A DNA stretch of 63,334 nucleotides, the filler included, from Reticulomyxa filosa (taxonomy: Eukaryota; Protista; Foraminifera), in assembly GCA_000512085.1 (NCBI GenBank). It is 25 parts of 25 records of this genome, joined end to end, with 100 filler letters (N's around TTAATTAATTAA, not from the genome) between each part and the next. Parts side by side here need not be neighbours in the genome. Positions count along the whole stretch, not along the records: positions 39,473 to 43,672 come from ASPP01007286.1; positions 43,773 to 48,002 come from ASPP01028413.1; positions 48,103 to 49,362 come from ASPP01010771.1; positions 49,463 to 50,971 come from ASPP01028965.1; positions 51,072 to 53,605 come from ASPP01005774.1; 20 more parts are not named here. The stretch is one strand, 5' to 3'. Below are positions 39,530 through 52,010 of this stretch, piece by piece. Below the pieces are notes generated by a model. The model was not told where the DNA came from. It ran no database searches and saw only the letters and a program-made list of their open reading frames with translations. The position numbers and the translations under genes are program-made. How positions within the stretch are numbered: position 1 is the first letter of the stretch; each line of letters opens with the position of its first letter.

Positions 39530-41393
39530 CTCGACGGAAAGACCCGCACACATTGACCACAATATTCGGATAAATGGCCTCCAATTCGAGGGAAATCTGT
39601 TTGGTGATGTGTTCAATTCGCTCTCTTGGGATTCGGGTTTGCAAATCATCAAAGTACTTTAATCCGATTTTTTGAGCGTTATTTAACAAGTTGGTATGCT
39701 TTCGCAACTCGTCAATGGTTGAAATGTTGTGAACCTGGGCGAGTTCCTTGGCTTTCACTGGACCAATGCCATGGACTCTGCACAACGTGCTAATCGCCTG
39801 CGTTGACGAATCCGCTTTTAGATTGTCCAGCCTTGATATTTTGTCAATGTTGTGGGTTATGTAATTATTATTGAATTGGTATATGAAAAATCAAATGAAA
39901 TGTAATAGAATGCAATAGAATAAATTGAACAAAACTTTTTTAAATGTCCAGTTTCAAGTATTTCTTTAATCTTAAGCGCAATTTTTTTGCCAATCCCAGG
40001 GAGCTGTTCGGCTTCGGCAGTGCTGGTGATTTTGTAGTTGCATTCTCGCAATTGTTTGCAGGCCTTGCTGTACGCATTGGCTTTGTGGCGTTGTCCAGCG
40101 TTCTTTTCGATCAGATACATTTCCCACAAAGGCTCTATCAGTTCTTTGTTTAGTTCAGCTCCATTGCCCGTGTTGGCGTTGCTGTTGCTGCTTTCAACTG
40201 GTTCAACTTTTGTTGCAGAGCTTATGTTATCATTTAGCCTTTGTCTCTTTGTAGGCGAGTCCTTTTTTTTTTTGGGGTGTGTGTGTGTGTGTGTGTGTTT
40301 TGAGCATGTGTCAATGCACTTTTTGCAAGTTACATTTTCTTTCTCTCTCTCTCTGTGTGTGTGTGTGCTCAACTGTAGATAAAGCACGGTTGCACTCTTC
40401 CGTGGTCTCTTTCAACGTGCGCTTTTTTTTCGACGGCGTGGACAGCTTTTCTTCTTCTGCTTTCACAGGATTCTCCTCTTTCCAATTATGTTTGAACAGC
40501 GAACTCGAAACAGTGATGACAGGCACTCCAAACAACGCGGGCAAACTGGACTGCACTCCCGAGCCTGTCTTTTTAGGTCGTGTCGTTGCTACTTTTGTTA
40601 TGGAGGCTTCTTCATCCGAAGACAGATCTGCCATTCCAGTCTTGCTTTTATTTGCAAGGAAACTAGGCTGTTGTGATGACGATGACTTGCTTTCATTTGA
40701 AGGCTTTGCTTCATTTCTATTGGCAACCATTTTGTTTTCAAAAGCCAAACTACTTTCATTTGTTCCTTTCCCCCCCCCCCCTTCTTTCTTTTCTTTTTTT
40801 CAATTCGCATTACGAAACTGCACAAGACTGGTGCTATCTTTCATGTCAACCTTTACTTCTTGTGTCTTTGCCGGCTTTGCTATATTCACTTCCACATCTT
40901 TTGAATGGACTTGGACTTCTTTTTTATCATTTTCCACATTCGCAACGCTATCGACGCTTGCTTTCTTGCTCTCTTCCTTGGACTCTGTTCCTTCGTCCAG
41001 AGAATACAAGTCCCATTTCACGCGGTGAATCGGCCTTTTCTTGCTTGTTCTTGGATTCACTTGATGAAATGTTGTCAGATCCATTTCGTATGTATAAAAG
41101 TCACCATTAGTGCTGTCGTGGATGTCAACCATTATCTTCAAAGTCCCCTTGTTATATGCTAGCTCCAACGCTTCTGACACATATGCTGGATATTCATGCC
41201 AATCACTACCACCGTGCCATTCCCATACATACATGGTTTTCACTATCGAACGTGAATTGTTCCCGGAACCTGTGCCACCAGAATTATGTTCTGGATCTAC
41301 TGGGCGAGATTGTTCACACACGGAACATTGGATCGCACCGCCCTCATTTTCTAGGGTACAATTGGGACACTCCCATTTAGCGGAGGTGGCCAT
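39530..41393 (-). CDS. DNA polymerase X family (beta/lambda-like) with N-terminal RanBP2/NZF zinc finger and WWE domain; 3' partial
   Basis: Predicted exons 41393-40819, 40752-40374, 40261-39936, 39831-39530 with phase-matched GT-AG introns. Motifs: WECPNCTLEN..CSVC; WEW..WHEY..LELAY..YEMDL..QVNPRT..RPIHR; lyase domain AYSKA..LPGIGKKIA; second HhH VHGIGPVKA; IGLKYFDDLQTRIPR; CGSFRRG. Confidence 0.88.
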
Positions 41394-41984
41394 CAATAAT
41401 TCTAGATTGAGGATATGTTAAAATTTGTCTTGGTTCGGATTTGCGCATTTGGGGTTTTTCGTTTCCAAAAATGTTCTTTTCGAAGGAAGCCGTTAAAGTT
41501 GGACTGTTTTTCTTATTTTTTATAAATTGTAATTTACACGTCGAACAAAGAAAAACGTTTATTGCATGAAACATTATTGTGCAAGCCTAAAAAAAAATAA
41601 CAGATGCAGCCAACAGAAAGCTCAACAAACCTGTGGCTTTTTTTTACAGTTTTCGAGTAATTTTTTGTTTTGACTACAAAAATCTTCGATTATTGGAAAG
41701 TTGTTCAGAAATCCAGACTGATTTGCTTTTGTTTTTGCGTTTAAAAATTTGGTCAAGGGTATATGTATTGCAAATCTCATCTTTTGAACTTGGCATGGTC
41801 ACTAATACCAAAGACAGTCACAGACAATTGACCACAAAAAAAAACAATCACTAAAAAATTGCATTTGCGTTTTTTTTTTTTTTTTCAGTTATTGGCATTT
41901 TCTGGATCTTCACCTAATAACCGCACTGCGTCTTGTTGAACAGGTGCCACCTCATTTTCGTTTCTCTGAGGGTTTGCTTTGGTG

Positions 41985-43598
41985 CTATAGTTGACCAACT
42001 TGCGATTGCCTCCATACCTTTTTGATGTGAGTAAATTTATTTTGAGTCATACAATAAGAACAAAACATGTGTAGTGCAGAATGACAAACAAACAGCGAAA
42101 ACTTTTGCATCAAAAAATGTTCTTTGATACTGGGCACTTTGGAAACAACAATGCACGAAAGCTCATAATTAAGTCTCACCCATAACAGGATGACAATAGG
42201 ACAGCGCAAGATTAGCAGTTCACATAAAAATTGGATAAATTTTTTCCAAACTTTAATGTTATACGTGTTGTCAAACCAAAGCAAGGTGTGCCGTAAATTT
42301 CCAGCAAGTAATTGCTGTACAAATTCTTGAATGGGGGACCGATGCAAGAAAAGCCAGTACTCGTGTAAATTATAGTGCAACGAGACGTCACCTTCGACGA
42401 TCGATTCAATTGTCAGTGCGGATTGATTGATTTCTTTTTTCACTTGTTTGATCTGATCTGTCGTACGCTCGTCCCATCGTCGATAATAGTCGAATGAAAT
42501 ATTTTGAAAATCGGGATCGTCGTAGCGAACATTCAATGGTAATGTAGTATTCAAAGGGGACTGTCCACCTTTTATAAACATATATACATATATGTATATT
42601 ATAAGAGTGCATGTGAAAATGAAGAAGACAAAGAAGTGGAAATTACGTAAGATAACAAACTCACCATGCCCTTGTATGGCATTGATATCAATCATCAAAG
42701 TCGATAATTGAAAATCGGACTGTCTCGGTAGAATGAAGAAATGAAGCAATATATAACGAAGTGCAATTGGAAAGGACAAGTGAACAACAATGGATTGAAA
42801 TATTTTTTTGGCGACATCGTTCCAAAATCTCCACAAGTCAATATCCATTTGTCCTTGAATCCATCGAATGACGTCTTGAATACGTTCTTGGTCTTGAAGG
42901 AGTAAATACACGCTGGTGATATAAACGCCAGTGCAATACATTTCTGCCAAAGGCAACAAGGGCGTTTCAAAGATTGGATGAGTGAAATGGAATCCCATGA
43001 TCATCCATCCGTATCCAAATGTGAACGGAAAGAACAAAAATAAAAATAGGCGCACAATGCCCTTTTTCATTTTCCGCCATAATTGTCCGCCGTTGTAATG
43101 AAGATGCAGTTGGTATATCTCATACGGCAATTGCACACATAGCAGTACGCCGGTGAAATAGGCCGCTATATCTGAACGATTACTATGAAAATATTGTTTT
43201 TTTTTTATGTTATTTATATTATTTATTTGTTTGTTATTGTTGTATTTGGAATTTCGTTGAATTTGTGTGCATATATGGTGTTGGTGTTGACATAAGAGCA
43301 CAAAGCAAACAAAAATGTAACCAACGAACCAAATAAAAAACAATGCATTTGGGATTATTACTTTATAATACATAATATTAACGTAAAGTGAAAACAAGAG
43401 CGAATCAATCTTCCAGGAACAATGGGGATCAATGTGATGGTGAACAACAACATTATGTGCGTCAACCACAACAAGAGGATGAATAAAAACACTCGCAGCA
43501 AGACATGATCGACCCCGACCGTGTACAACACACAGCGCTCTGTCAGTTTCTTTCTCTCGTTCTGTAATTGGATGTACAAGTCGTTTGGACTCTCCCAT
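41985..43598 (-). CDS. Hypothetical multi-pass membrane protein (ORF includes probable in-frame introns)
   Basis: 537-codon open frame with several hydrophobic segments and AT-rich intron-like stretches; family not identified. Confidence 0.55.
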   Translation of the reverse strand: MGESKRLVHPITEREKETDRALCVVHGRGRSCLAASVFIHPLVVVDAHNVVVHHHIDPHCSWKIDSLLFSLYVNIMYYKVIIPNALFFIWFVGYIFVCFVLLCQHQHHICTQIQRNSKYNNNKQINNINNIKKKQYFHSNRSDIAAYFTGVLLCVQLPYEIYQLHLHYNGGQLWRKMKKGIVRLFLFLFFPFTFGYGWMIMGFHFTHPIFETPLLPLAEMYCTGVYITSVYLLLQDQERIQDVIRWIQGQMDIDLWRFWNDVAKKIFQSIVVHLSFPIALRYILLHFFILPRQSDFQLSTLMIDINAIQGHGEFVILRNFHFFVFFIFTCTLIIYIYVYMFIKGGQSPLNTTLPLNVRYDDPDFQNISFDYYRRWDERTTDQIKQVKKEINQSALTIESIVEGDVSLHYNLHEYWLFLHRSPIQEFVQQLLAGNLRHTLLWFDNTYNIKVWKKFIQFLCELLILRCPIVILLWVRLNYELSCIVVSKVPSIKEHFLMQKFSLFVCHSALHMFCSYCMTQNKFTHIKKVWRQSQVGQL

Positions 43599-43830
43599 AG
43601 GTGTTGTGTCAGAAATATATCATCCATTGCTTTCTCTTTTTTTTGTTTCTTTTTTTGATGTTGTTGTTGTTGNNNNNNNNNNNNNNNNNNNNNNNNNNNN
43701 NNNNNNNNNNNNNNNNTTAATTAATTAANNNNNNNNNNNNNNNNNNNNNNNNNNNNNNNNNNNNNNNNNNNNATATATATTTATATATATTTATATATAT
43801 TTATATATATTTATATTTATATTCAAACAA

Positions 43831-44808
43831 ACCTTTTTCGTGACTACTCAAATTGGCCAATACGACAATGCCAATTTGAATAAGAGCACGGCGATCGGTG
43901 TTCTTTTGCATGATATCCATGACCATGGCAACGGTATCTTGTTTGATCAATTGCTTGACATTGTCTGACACATAGGCTAAATTGGCAAGACAATGGAACA
44001 CAGCAACCACAATTGGTTCGTCGCCATCGTTGGCACATTTGTTGAATTGACGCAGACAATCGATGGCGACGTTTGCACCACCGCTGCGACAGATCAGCGT
44101 TTTGTTTTTGTCGCTATTGTGACACAAGTTCACCAACACATTCATTGCCGATTCGCACAAAAAGTTGACGCTTTTGTGTCGCTTGAGCACCTCTACAATA
44201 TCTGCAATTCCTCCATGCTCGATCACTTGTGTCATGTTTTCGGCGTTGTTAAAGGTCAAGTTGCTCAAAATATAACAGCATTCATCAAGCAGCTCAATTT
44301 CCATTTGATGAACGCGAATAGCTTTCAATAGCAGCTGAATTAAATCGCACATTCCCGGTGATGTCCTTAATTCATCATCTTTCGACAATGTGTCAAATAC
44401 ATCTAAATATGCACTCAATGGTACACGATTGTTAATATTGGCTTCTGTTTGTGCCAACAACACTGCAATTCCTCCTTCATTTACCATGCAATTATATGCT
44501 TCTTTATCTAGTTTTTTTTTTTTTTCATTTTATTTACATCTCCTTTGTTTGTGCTCGTCGCGTCAAAGAGTAACAAAAAACTTTCATTCTCTCTTGTATC
44601 AGTCACCTCCTTCTTTGAGACGACGATTGATTTCGTTGACTCCATTTTGTACCAGTTTGGGGTCTTTGGTTTCTTTCATGGTACTCAATAGCTCTTCTAT
44701 CTTCCATTTGCTCATGATTTGAAGGAGTTGCTTTGGATCCATCGTTGTCAGCTGTGCTAAAGTGATTTCATCTGAATTCACGATTGGCGTGATCAATTGT
44801 TGATCCAT
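43831..44808 (-). CDS. Armadillo-repeat protein (3' partial)
   Basis: ARM-like repeats (ILSNLTFNNAEN..VIEHGGI, LVNLCHNSDKNK..ICRSGGA, LANLAY..N); a phase-1 intron at ~44607-44509 joins the two ORFs. Confidence 0.85.
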
Positions 44809-47282
44809 TTTGTAAGGGGAACAAACACAAAAGTTTTTTATGTTGTACACCTTCTCCAACTTAGTAACTTTTGCGAAACTCAACTTTGTTTTTTAAAAAA
44901 AATACAAAAGACAGTCCATGTCCTTGCTGCTTGAAGGAGTGCGATTCATAGCCTATACGAAGGTTTCGTTTCGAAAACAAGTTTTTCAGTGGAATGAAAT
45001 AAATTAATAAGAAAATAATCCACAAGAGATAAGAAACAGTGAAGATTTTGAAAAAGGAAAAAAAATTCGTTGTTCCATGTTGAATCTTTGTATGGATAAA
45101 ACACCAAGATCAAAGGGGCACACGCTCAAATTAATCTTGGCTGTAAACATTATTAGCACTTCATTCAGAAATAGCGTAAAAGTGAATGCATGCACTCTGG
45201 TAAGAAAACTGACACAAAAAAATGACCACTCGATACTCATACTGTCTATTTCCAAACAAAAAAATTTTTGACGACTTTAAAATATCAACAAACATCACTC
45301 ACTTGCATAATTTATATTATCTTTTTTTGTTTTTTCATCAATTTTCATCTTTTGAAAAACTTTCTTATTTATATGCATAAATTGACAAATCACAACTTGT
45401 TTCGTTAAATGAACTATTTACAGTATCTCCAAAAAAAATGAAAAAAAAAAGGTATGCATTTGTTACTTTTATTTAATAGCAATGTCATTATTTCATCATC
45501 GCAAACAATAACATGTTATGATTAGAAAAATTTTTTAATTGTAAAATTCCAGTAATACGATAAAAGTATTATAAGTGTTAATGACCAACATGCAAAGGCA
45601 ATTGCCAATATATTGTTAAAAAAAATTTTATAAAATAAACATTTTTTCATAGTTTCTTTGTAATAGTTTTTTTGTAGTGATGTAGTGTCATACTAATGCA
45701 GTGATAGCACTACAAAATGGAGTTTGATGTTGTCAGTTTAATCACTGTCAACACCATTTAAGTGATTGTACAAGTAGAATATGTATGTGTGGCGAAAATG
45801 CTAGTTCTCTAGCACATGTGTGGTGCGGTTATGTTTGGTGGCACTTATCTCTATATCAGTTCCAGTGTGATTTGACACCAAGCCGAAAGTTTGTTGTCAG
45901 TATGTAATTGTGATTTGTGTGAAAATGATTATGAATGTATGTATTGATTGATTATGATATTATGTGGATGAATACGGAGTGTAAATATACATTGATGATT
46001 GTATTAAAGTGAGTGTTATTTATGTTATGTGGAATATGTATCATACCAAAGAAAAGACAATATTGTACCGACATTTAATAATTTTATTTTTATTTTGAAT
46101 ACACATTTTTACAAAATAAATGATAAAAATACACTATGATCATATCATAGAACAAAGTCCTGTATTGAATCGCAATTCGTTATTTCATTGGACTTGGCAA
46201 GATTTAATAAACAATTAAGTCGATATTTGTACATGTTAATTTTTGTAATGTACTTATTTCTATTATGCAAAATGACAAAAGTTTGAACTGTATATTAACA
46301 TAATCATAATGTAGTTGATATGTATGTAGGTGAATTAAATTGCATTTGGCCCTGCCTCTAGCATTGTCTTTGGTATATCATCGTTAAAGATGTAGTGACT
46401 ATCGTATGTAGCGAGTTTATAGCCTGAACAGAGTATTGCAACCGACGAAATTATTAAGAAAATGAATATTGCGTTGTAAGTGGAAGTAGAATAATTACAT
46501 TATGGAAAAATAATAAGTCGTAATTTTCTTTATACTGAAAAATATACATTTACTATGAAAGCAAGTATTGTTTTTTGTCTTTTTGCTCATTGAATTAATT
46601 TTTATGCATATAAATGCTGATTTTGTTTTGTGTCTTAACAAGCTTTTTTTTAGCTTTCCCATTTGTTTGTTTTTTGCCTTGATAATTGTGACTGTATGAC
46701 ATATAAAATAAGCTTGTATTTTGACTATTCTTTTTCACAATATATTATTGATTCATATCAAATTTTGTTTTTATGGCATTGCTTTGTATCACGTTATAAA
46801 TGCTTGGCCCGAACACACTGTTCAATTTCACAAATAGTTTTTCAAGCGAACAGTTCCTTTACTGAATTGTACTTGATTAAAATGGAAATTGCTATTCATT
46901 ATATTCAATTGATAATACTATATCATTTTTAAACAGTATTTCATATTCTTTTTACTTTTATTTTTTTCTCACTAATTTTTATTCATTACATTGGAAGAAA
47001 ACAAGAACTATTCTACCAACTGAATTAGATTATTGTGCTTGTCTTTGAAAGAAATCTGTTGATTGTAATTGTCTGACTGCACCTAATAAGCTCAGACTTC
47101 GGTTCAGAAACAAGCCATTTCTTATGAAAGAAAATTTCAAAATGCCACAATTTTCTGAGATGCTAAGAGTTGACTAAATTTTTTTTTTGCAATGCAAGCA
47201 TAATGAATAAGATTAAATAGTAAAAACTTTAACAGCAAACAAACAACTAAAAAGACATGATTCCAATTACATCCTCATGGTT

Positions 47283-47900
47283 TTACATATTAGTAAGAGT
47301 TACATCTTGCTCTTCGAATTCATTATCAGATTGATTTTCCTCTTCGGTCGTAACATCTTGGCATTGTTGGTACTCACTGACCAAGTCGCACATATTGGAC
47401 TCCGCTTCACTGAACTCCATTTCGTCCATGCCTTCTCCGGTGTACCTTTTTATATCATATTCCAAAAGACCTTTCTTTTCATATTTTTTTTTTTTTTCCA
47501 ATCCATTTAAAAAAAAACAAACAAACAAACAAATAGACATATATTCGTACCAGTGCAAGAAAGCCTTTCGTCTAAACATCGAAGTAAACTGCTCACCTAC
47601 ACGCTTGAAGACATTTTGAATGGCAGTCGAGTTAGCAATAAAGGTGACACTCATCTTAAGGCCTTTCGGAGGTATGTCGCATACACTTGATTTGATGTTA
47701 TTTGGTATCCATTCTACAAAGTAGGATGAGTTTTTGTTTTGCACATTCAGCAATTGTTCGTCTACTTCTTTCGTCGCAATACGCCCACGAAACATTGCGC
47801 ATGCTGTCAGATAACGTCCATGTCGAGGGTCGCTTGCACACATCATATTTTTCGCGTCAAATATCTGACGTGTTAACTCGGAAACGTTATGTGCTTGGTA
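47283..47900 (-). CDS. TUBB: Beta-tubulin, C-terminal part (divergent paralogue)
   Basis: [39 protein letters not shown]|[25 protein letters not shown]; intron 47550-47446. Confidence 0.96.
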   Translation of the reverse strand, partial: YQAHNVSELTRQIFDAKNMMCASDPRHGRYLTACAMFRGRIATKEVDEQLLNVQNKNSSYFVEWIPNNIKSSVCDIPPKGLKMSVTFIANSTAIQNVFKRVGEQFTSMFRRKAFLHWYEYMSICLFVCFFLNGLEKKKKYEKKGLLEYDIKRYTGEGMDEMEFSEAESNMCDLVSEYQQCQDVTTEEENQSDNEFEEQDVTLTNM

Positions 47901-48102
47901 CTAACATATTGCCATTTTTATCAAATATAAGCAATGTTTTTTTTTTTTTTTTTTTTTTTTGCAACGTATACTGCCAAAAACTTCCCCAAAAAAAAAAAAA
48001 AANNNNNNNNNNNNNNNNNNNNNNNNNNNNNNNNNNNNNNNNNNNNTTAATTAATTAANNNNNNNNNNNNNNNNNNNNNNNNNNNNNNNNNNNNNNNNNN
48101 NN

Positions 48103-48137
<35 letters not shown>

Positions 48138-48169
48138 GTTATTACTATTATTATTATTATTATTATTTT

Positions 48170-48685
48170 AAGGCTTTCTGCTTCATTCACATTTGTCTTC
48201 TTTCTATATTTCAATAATGGCTTGGAATATTCTTGCAGAAATTGACACAACTTTGAGTGCACTTGTATCAATTGCTGGTCACACTCTTGCTCCAAATAAC
48301 TATTCCATTCTTCTATCTTTCTTCTATTGTTTTTTGTGTGTCGCAAAAAACGGTTCACTAACACATTACGACGGTACTTTCGCTGCCCTTGCCAATACAA
48401 TGACAGTCCCTTTCGACGCAATATATTGCGCAGTATTGGATCGGGAAGCCTTTTTATCAGCTCACGCGTGTTTGATAGATCTATTTCATCGTCCTCTTTC
48501 ACTGATTGCGATATTCCTTCGCTGCTCGCTTCTGACCCTTTTTTTGCTGTTGCCAGGGACCCTGCCTGCTCTTCCACCGACGAACAATTCCTCAACGACC
48601 AGTATCTCTGCCATTGCAACCCTTTGGAAATATCTCTGAATATTAATTGTCTTGTGTGCCCAAAATAACTTTTTGACAGATGCAT
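48170..48685 (-). CDS. Hypothetical protein with possible SAP-like motif and basic N-terminus (3' partial)
   Basis: LPDPILRNILRRKGLS....RRNVLVNRF resembles a SAP/HeH helix pair; weak. Confidence 0.45.
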
Positions 48686-48938
48686 TCCTATTATTAAAGA
48701 AAATTCCTTTTTCTGTTCCCCGCCACTTCGTCCGATTTGCAAATGTAAAAATCGAGTTTTCCTCCCTTTTTAACACTTCAAAACAAAGATAAGGGACAAA
48801 GAATCTTTTGAACTTGCTCCGTCGCAAGCACTTTGTTAAAGTAACTTACTCATTAAAAAAAAAAGCCATCAAACAAATGTTCCCTTGAGAGACGCATTGC
48901 CGAAAGGAGAACCCAACATCAACAAAAAAAGGATTATA

Positions 48939-49328
48939 ATGTCGTTGCTAAAATTTATAAAGTTAAGTTCTGTTTTGGAAATGCCTATATCCAATTGGTA
49001 ACATAGGATTTTGTAACTTGTGTACTTTGAAAGAGCAAATGATGACTTCGTGAAGTTGTTTAAGAAGTTGGAAAGTGAGAAGCAAGGAGAAAAAAATGCG
49101 GCAATAGAAAAGATATTGAAGCGGCTGAGTAGTCCAACAGAGACGGAGGCACTAACATATACATTGACAAGATTATTTCGAGGTCTTTCATCAACAGAAC
49201 ATCAAACGAGGATATCGTTTGCCAATGCGTTTACGCAACTGTTGACTCACTGCACATGGATCAACACGCAAGACATTGTCACCGCAATAAATGATTTTTG
49301 CAAAAAAGAGGACGCCAAAGAAGCACAA
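48939..49328 (+). CDS. Pol5 / MYBBP1A (DNA polymerase phi family) N-terminus
   Basis: LTYTLTRLFRGLSSTEHQTRISFANAFTQLL matches the conserved YxLxRLxRGLxSxxxxARxGFxxALxxLL block. Confidence 0.75.
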
Positions 49329-49489
49329 GTAGGGATTTTTTTAATTTTTTTTTTTTTTTTTTNNNNNNNNNNNNNNNNNNNNNNNNNNNNNNNNNNNNNN
49401 NNNNNNTTAATTAATTAANNNNNNNNNNNNNNNNNNNNNNNNNNNNNNNNNNNNNNNNNNNNACACACACACACACATATAACACACTT

Positions 49490-49741
49490 ACGGGTAATCA
49501 GCCCAATGTGGCGTCCATTTGTAGTCACCGACTTTATTCTTTGTGTTTCCAATGTCTCCATCAACTTGGGCGTTCGCTGTTTTTGCTTCGCTGGCACTTG
49601 AGAGGTCAAATTCCCCCAGGCCCATAAAAACACCTTTGTTCCATCTATATTATCTTTTTGCTCGTCCAAACTTTTATTCTCCATCAACAGAAACAACTTC
49701 AATGTTCAATTTAGTTCAAAAGTCGGACTGGTCAAATGCAT
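49490..49741 (-). CDS. RCC1-repeat-like protein, 5' fragment
   Basis: VFLWAWGN..RTPKLMETLETQRIKSVTTNGRHIGLIT resembles one RCC1 blade. Confidence 0.55.
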
Positions 49742-50199
49742 TGTTTTTCCATCAATTATAATATTTTCAAAAAAAAAAACCAGTACCCTCCTCCCACTCC
49801 TCTTGCTTTATTTCCTGCACCTCCTTTCTTGGTATTTTTGCGTTACAGAGTACGTCTTTTATCAGGCTATATCAGTGAAAAATAAATATTTTTAATTCAT
49901 TTAACTTTTCCAGACTCATAAAAAAAACTATGTAATGTCTTGTTTTTGAGTTTTCTTGTGTGAACGGTACCAACATCGCAAAACAACGCAAAAGCAAACC
50001 CAAAACAATATACAAAAAACAGAACAGGAACAAATTGTTGCAATCACAGCAAAGCCCTCTTTGCAAAATGAGCAAAAGAGGAGGGAACATAAGAAAAAAA
50101 AAAAGTCCCGTTTTTTTTGTTGTTATGGAGGAGCAAATGTAATAATATTCATAAACTGTTGAAACAATTGACCTCCCACTAGTTAAAAAAAGGAAAAAC

Positions 50200-50945
50200 T
50201 TACAAAGAGGTCTGAAGACAATTAGAAGAGGGTGGGAGACTGTTCACTGCCATTTGAAGGGCACCCTCTCTGGTTAGATTTCCGCCAATGAATCCAGAGA
50301 CGTGAACGAAGACAGCGCCTTTGATTCCGGAGATGCTTTCGAGTTTGTCATCACGGACACCTCTCCACTTTTCGTTGAGCCCATGTCTCAATTCAAACGA
50401 CTTTGGGTGCAAGGGGACCGCCCTAATACGACTTCGAAAAAAAAAAAAAAAAAAAAAAAAAAGTTACCAAAATAAAAAAGTTAGTGTTAGATATTCCAAA
50501 AAAAAAAAAAAAAACAAACAAAAAAAAAAAACTTGAACTAAGAAGATGGGTTTGCCCCCTCGGGGAAGATGACAAAGAGAATGTTAGGTTGAATGGACAG
50601 TTGTGCTTCAATGTCGAAGAGATGATCGGTCCACGGACAAAACTGTGCGAGTTCGATAATGCGCCCAGACGAGTGTACATCGAAGCGACGCTTAACGGCT
50701 GTCTCCACCAAAATGCGTGCGGGCAGCCACGAATACGCGCATTCTGTCACAAAGTGCAGCAACTCTTCGTCCACGATTTCCATTGCCTTTTCGAAGCGCT
50801 CCTGCTCCGTCCCTTTGTCGTACTTATCATTCCATTGCGGGTTCAATCGGTTCACGCGACACCCCAAGTCCGTCAGCACTGTGTATCTCGGTACATCCGT
50901 CGATTCGAATTGTTCGATGCCATTGTCAATTGCATCTACACTTTC
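50200..50945 (-). CDS. MYG1: MYG1 family exonuclease, C-terminal part
   Basis: VDAIDNGI..RVNRLNPQWN..F.KAM..SWLPAR..CPW..HL; after an intron RIRAVP..SFELR..WRGVRD..L..ISGI.GAVFVH.SGFIGG. Confidence 0.92.
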
Positions 50946-52010
50946 TATTAATTTCTTTTTTTTTTTTTTTTNNNNNNNNNNNNNNNNNNNNNNNNNNNNN
51001 NNNNNNNNNNNNNNNTTAATTAATTAANNNNNNNNNNNNNNNNNNNNNNNNNNNNNNNNNNNNNNNNNNNNACTTTCTGCAACGCTTGACTCATCTAACC
51101 TTCCTGACTTTGGGCACTCTTAAATGTATTGCTTTTTATCAAACTTGTAAAGATTAACTTTGAAAACAAATAGTGGACATCGTTAGCATAATGACTACCA
51201 ATATTTACTGCTGTTGATTTTGTTTAGACTGCTCTATCTCCGGATCATCTTAGTTTGCTTTGGTATTTATTTACTACAGCATTTCCTCGTAATCTATTTA
51301 ATGAAAACAACAAATAATCACAGCATTAGAAAAAATAATAGTTTCTATGCAATTGTTTATTACTTGGCCAGCGTGCAAATAGCGACGTCTTAAGAACATA
51401 GCTCAGATCGGGTCGGACTTTTATTATTCGTTAAAGTTTCCGCCGTAAGAATAACTTGGTGCTGCAGTTTGAGTGGTTATTTTTCAAATTTAGTAGTAAA
51501 CTAGAGAAAATAATTTGAATAACTATATCAACAAGAAAAGGAACCAAAAGAAAGCAAAGTGCCTACTGTAAGTAAGTAAAAAAAGGAAGCAGTTTGGAAA
51601 GTTCACTTTCTTTTTTTCGTAAAACTTAGTTTGTTTTTTTTACATATCATAAGGTGGTCTTATTTGCTCAAAATAATAAATTTGGTTATACCACTTTAAA
51701 AATTTTAACATATAAGAGTCTTCTAATCACAATAATTTTTTGTAAACTACTAGCTTTTCAATTTGATTTTTTGATAAGTATGAATGCTAGTAAAAAACTT
51801 TAACAAAACAAATTCAAAAAACTATTTTTTTGATTTGATGAAATGCCTTTTCCATCCATGAAGTACATTTGTTGAAATATAAATACATTTTGATATTTTT
51901 AAAAACTAGCATACTTGTTACACTTTTTGAAAAGTTTGTGAATATTGTGTGTGATCCGACATTGAACTGTATACTGAAAGCGAACGCAAACATAAAAAGA
52001 ACAAAAAAAA

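Noticed and set aside
44900-47250. Long AT-rich stretch without ORFs (similarly 17300-19260 and 38300-39370)
   Set aside because: No RNA gene, terminal repeat or convincing coding signal detected; treated as intergenic or heavily decayed sequence.
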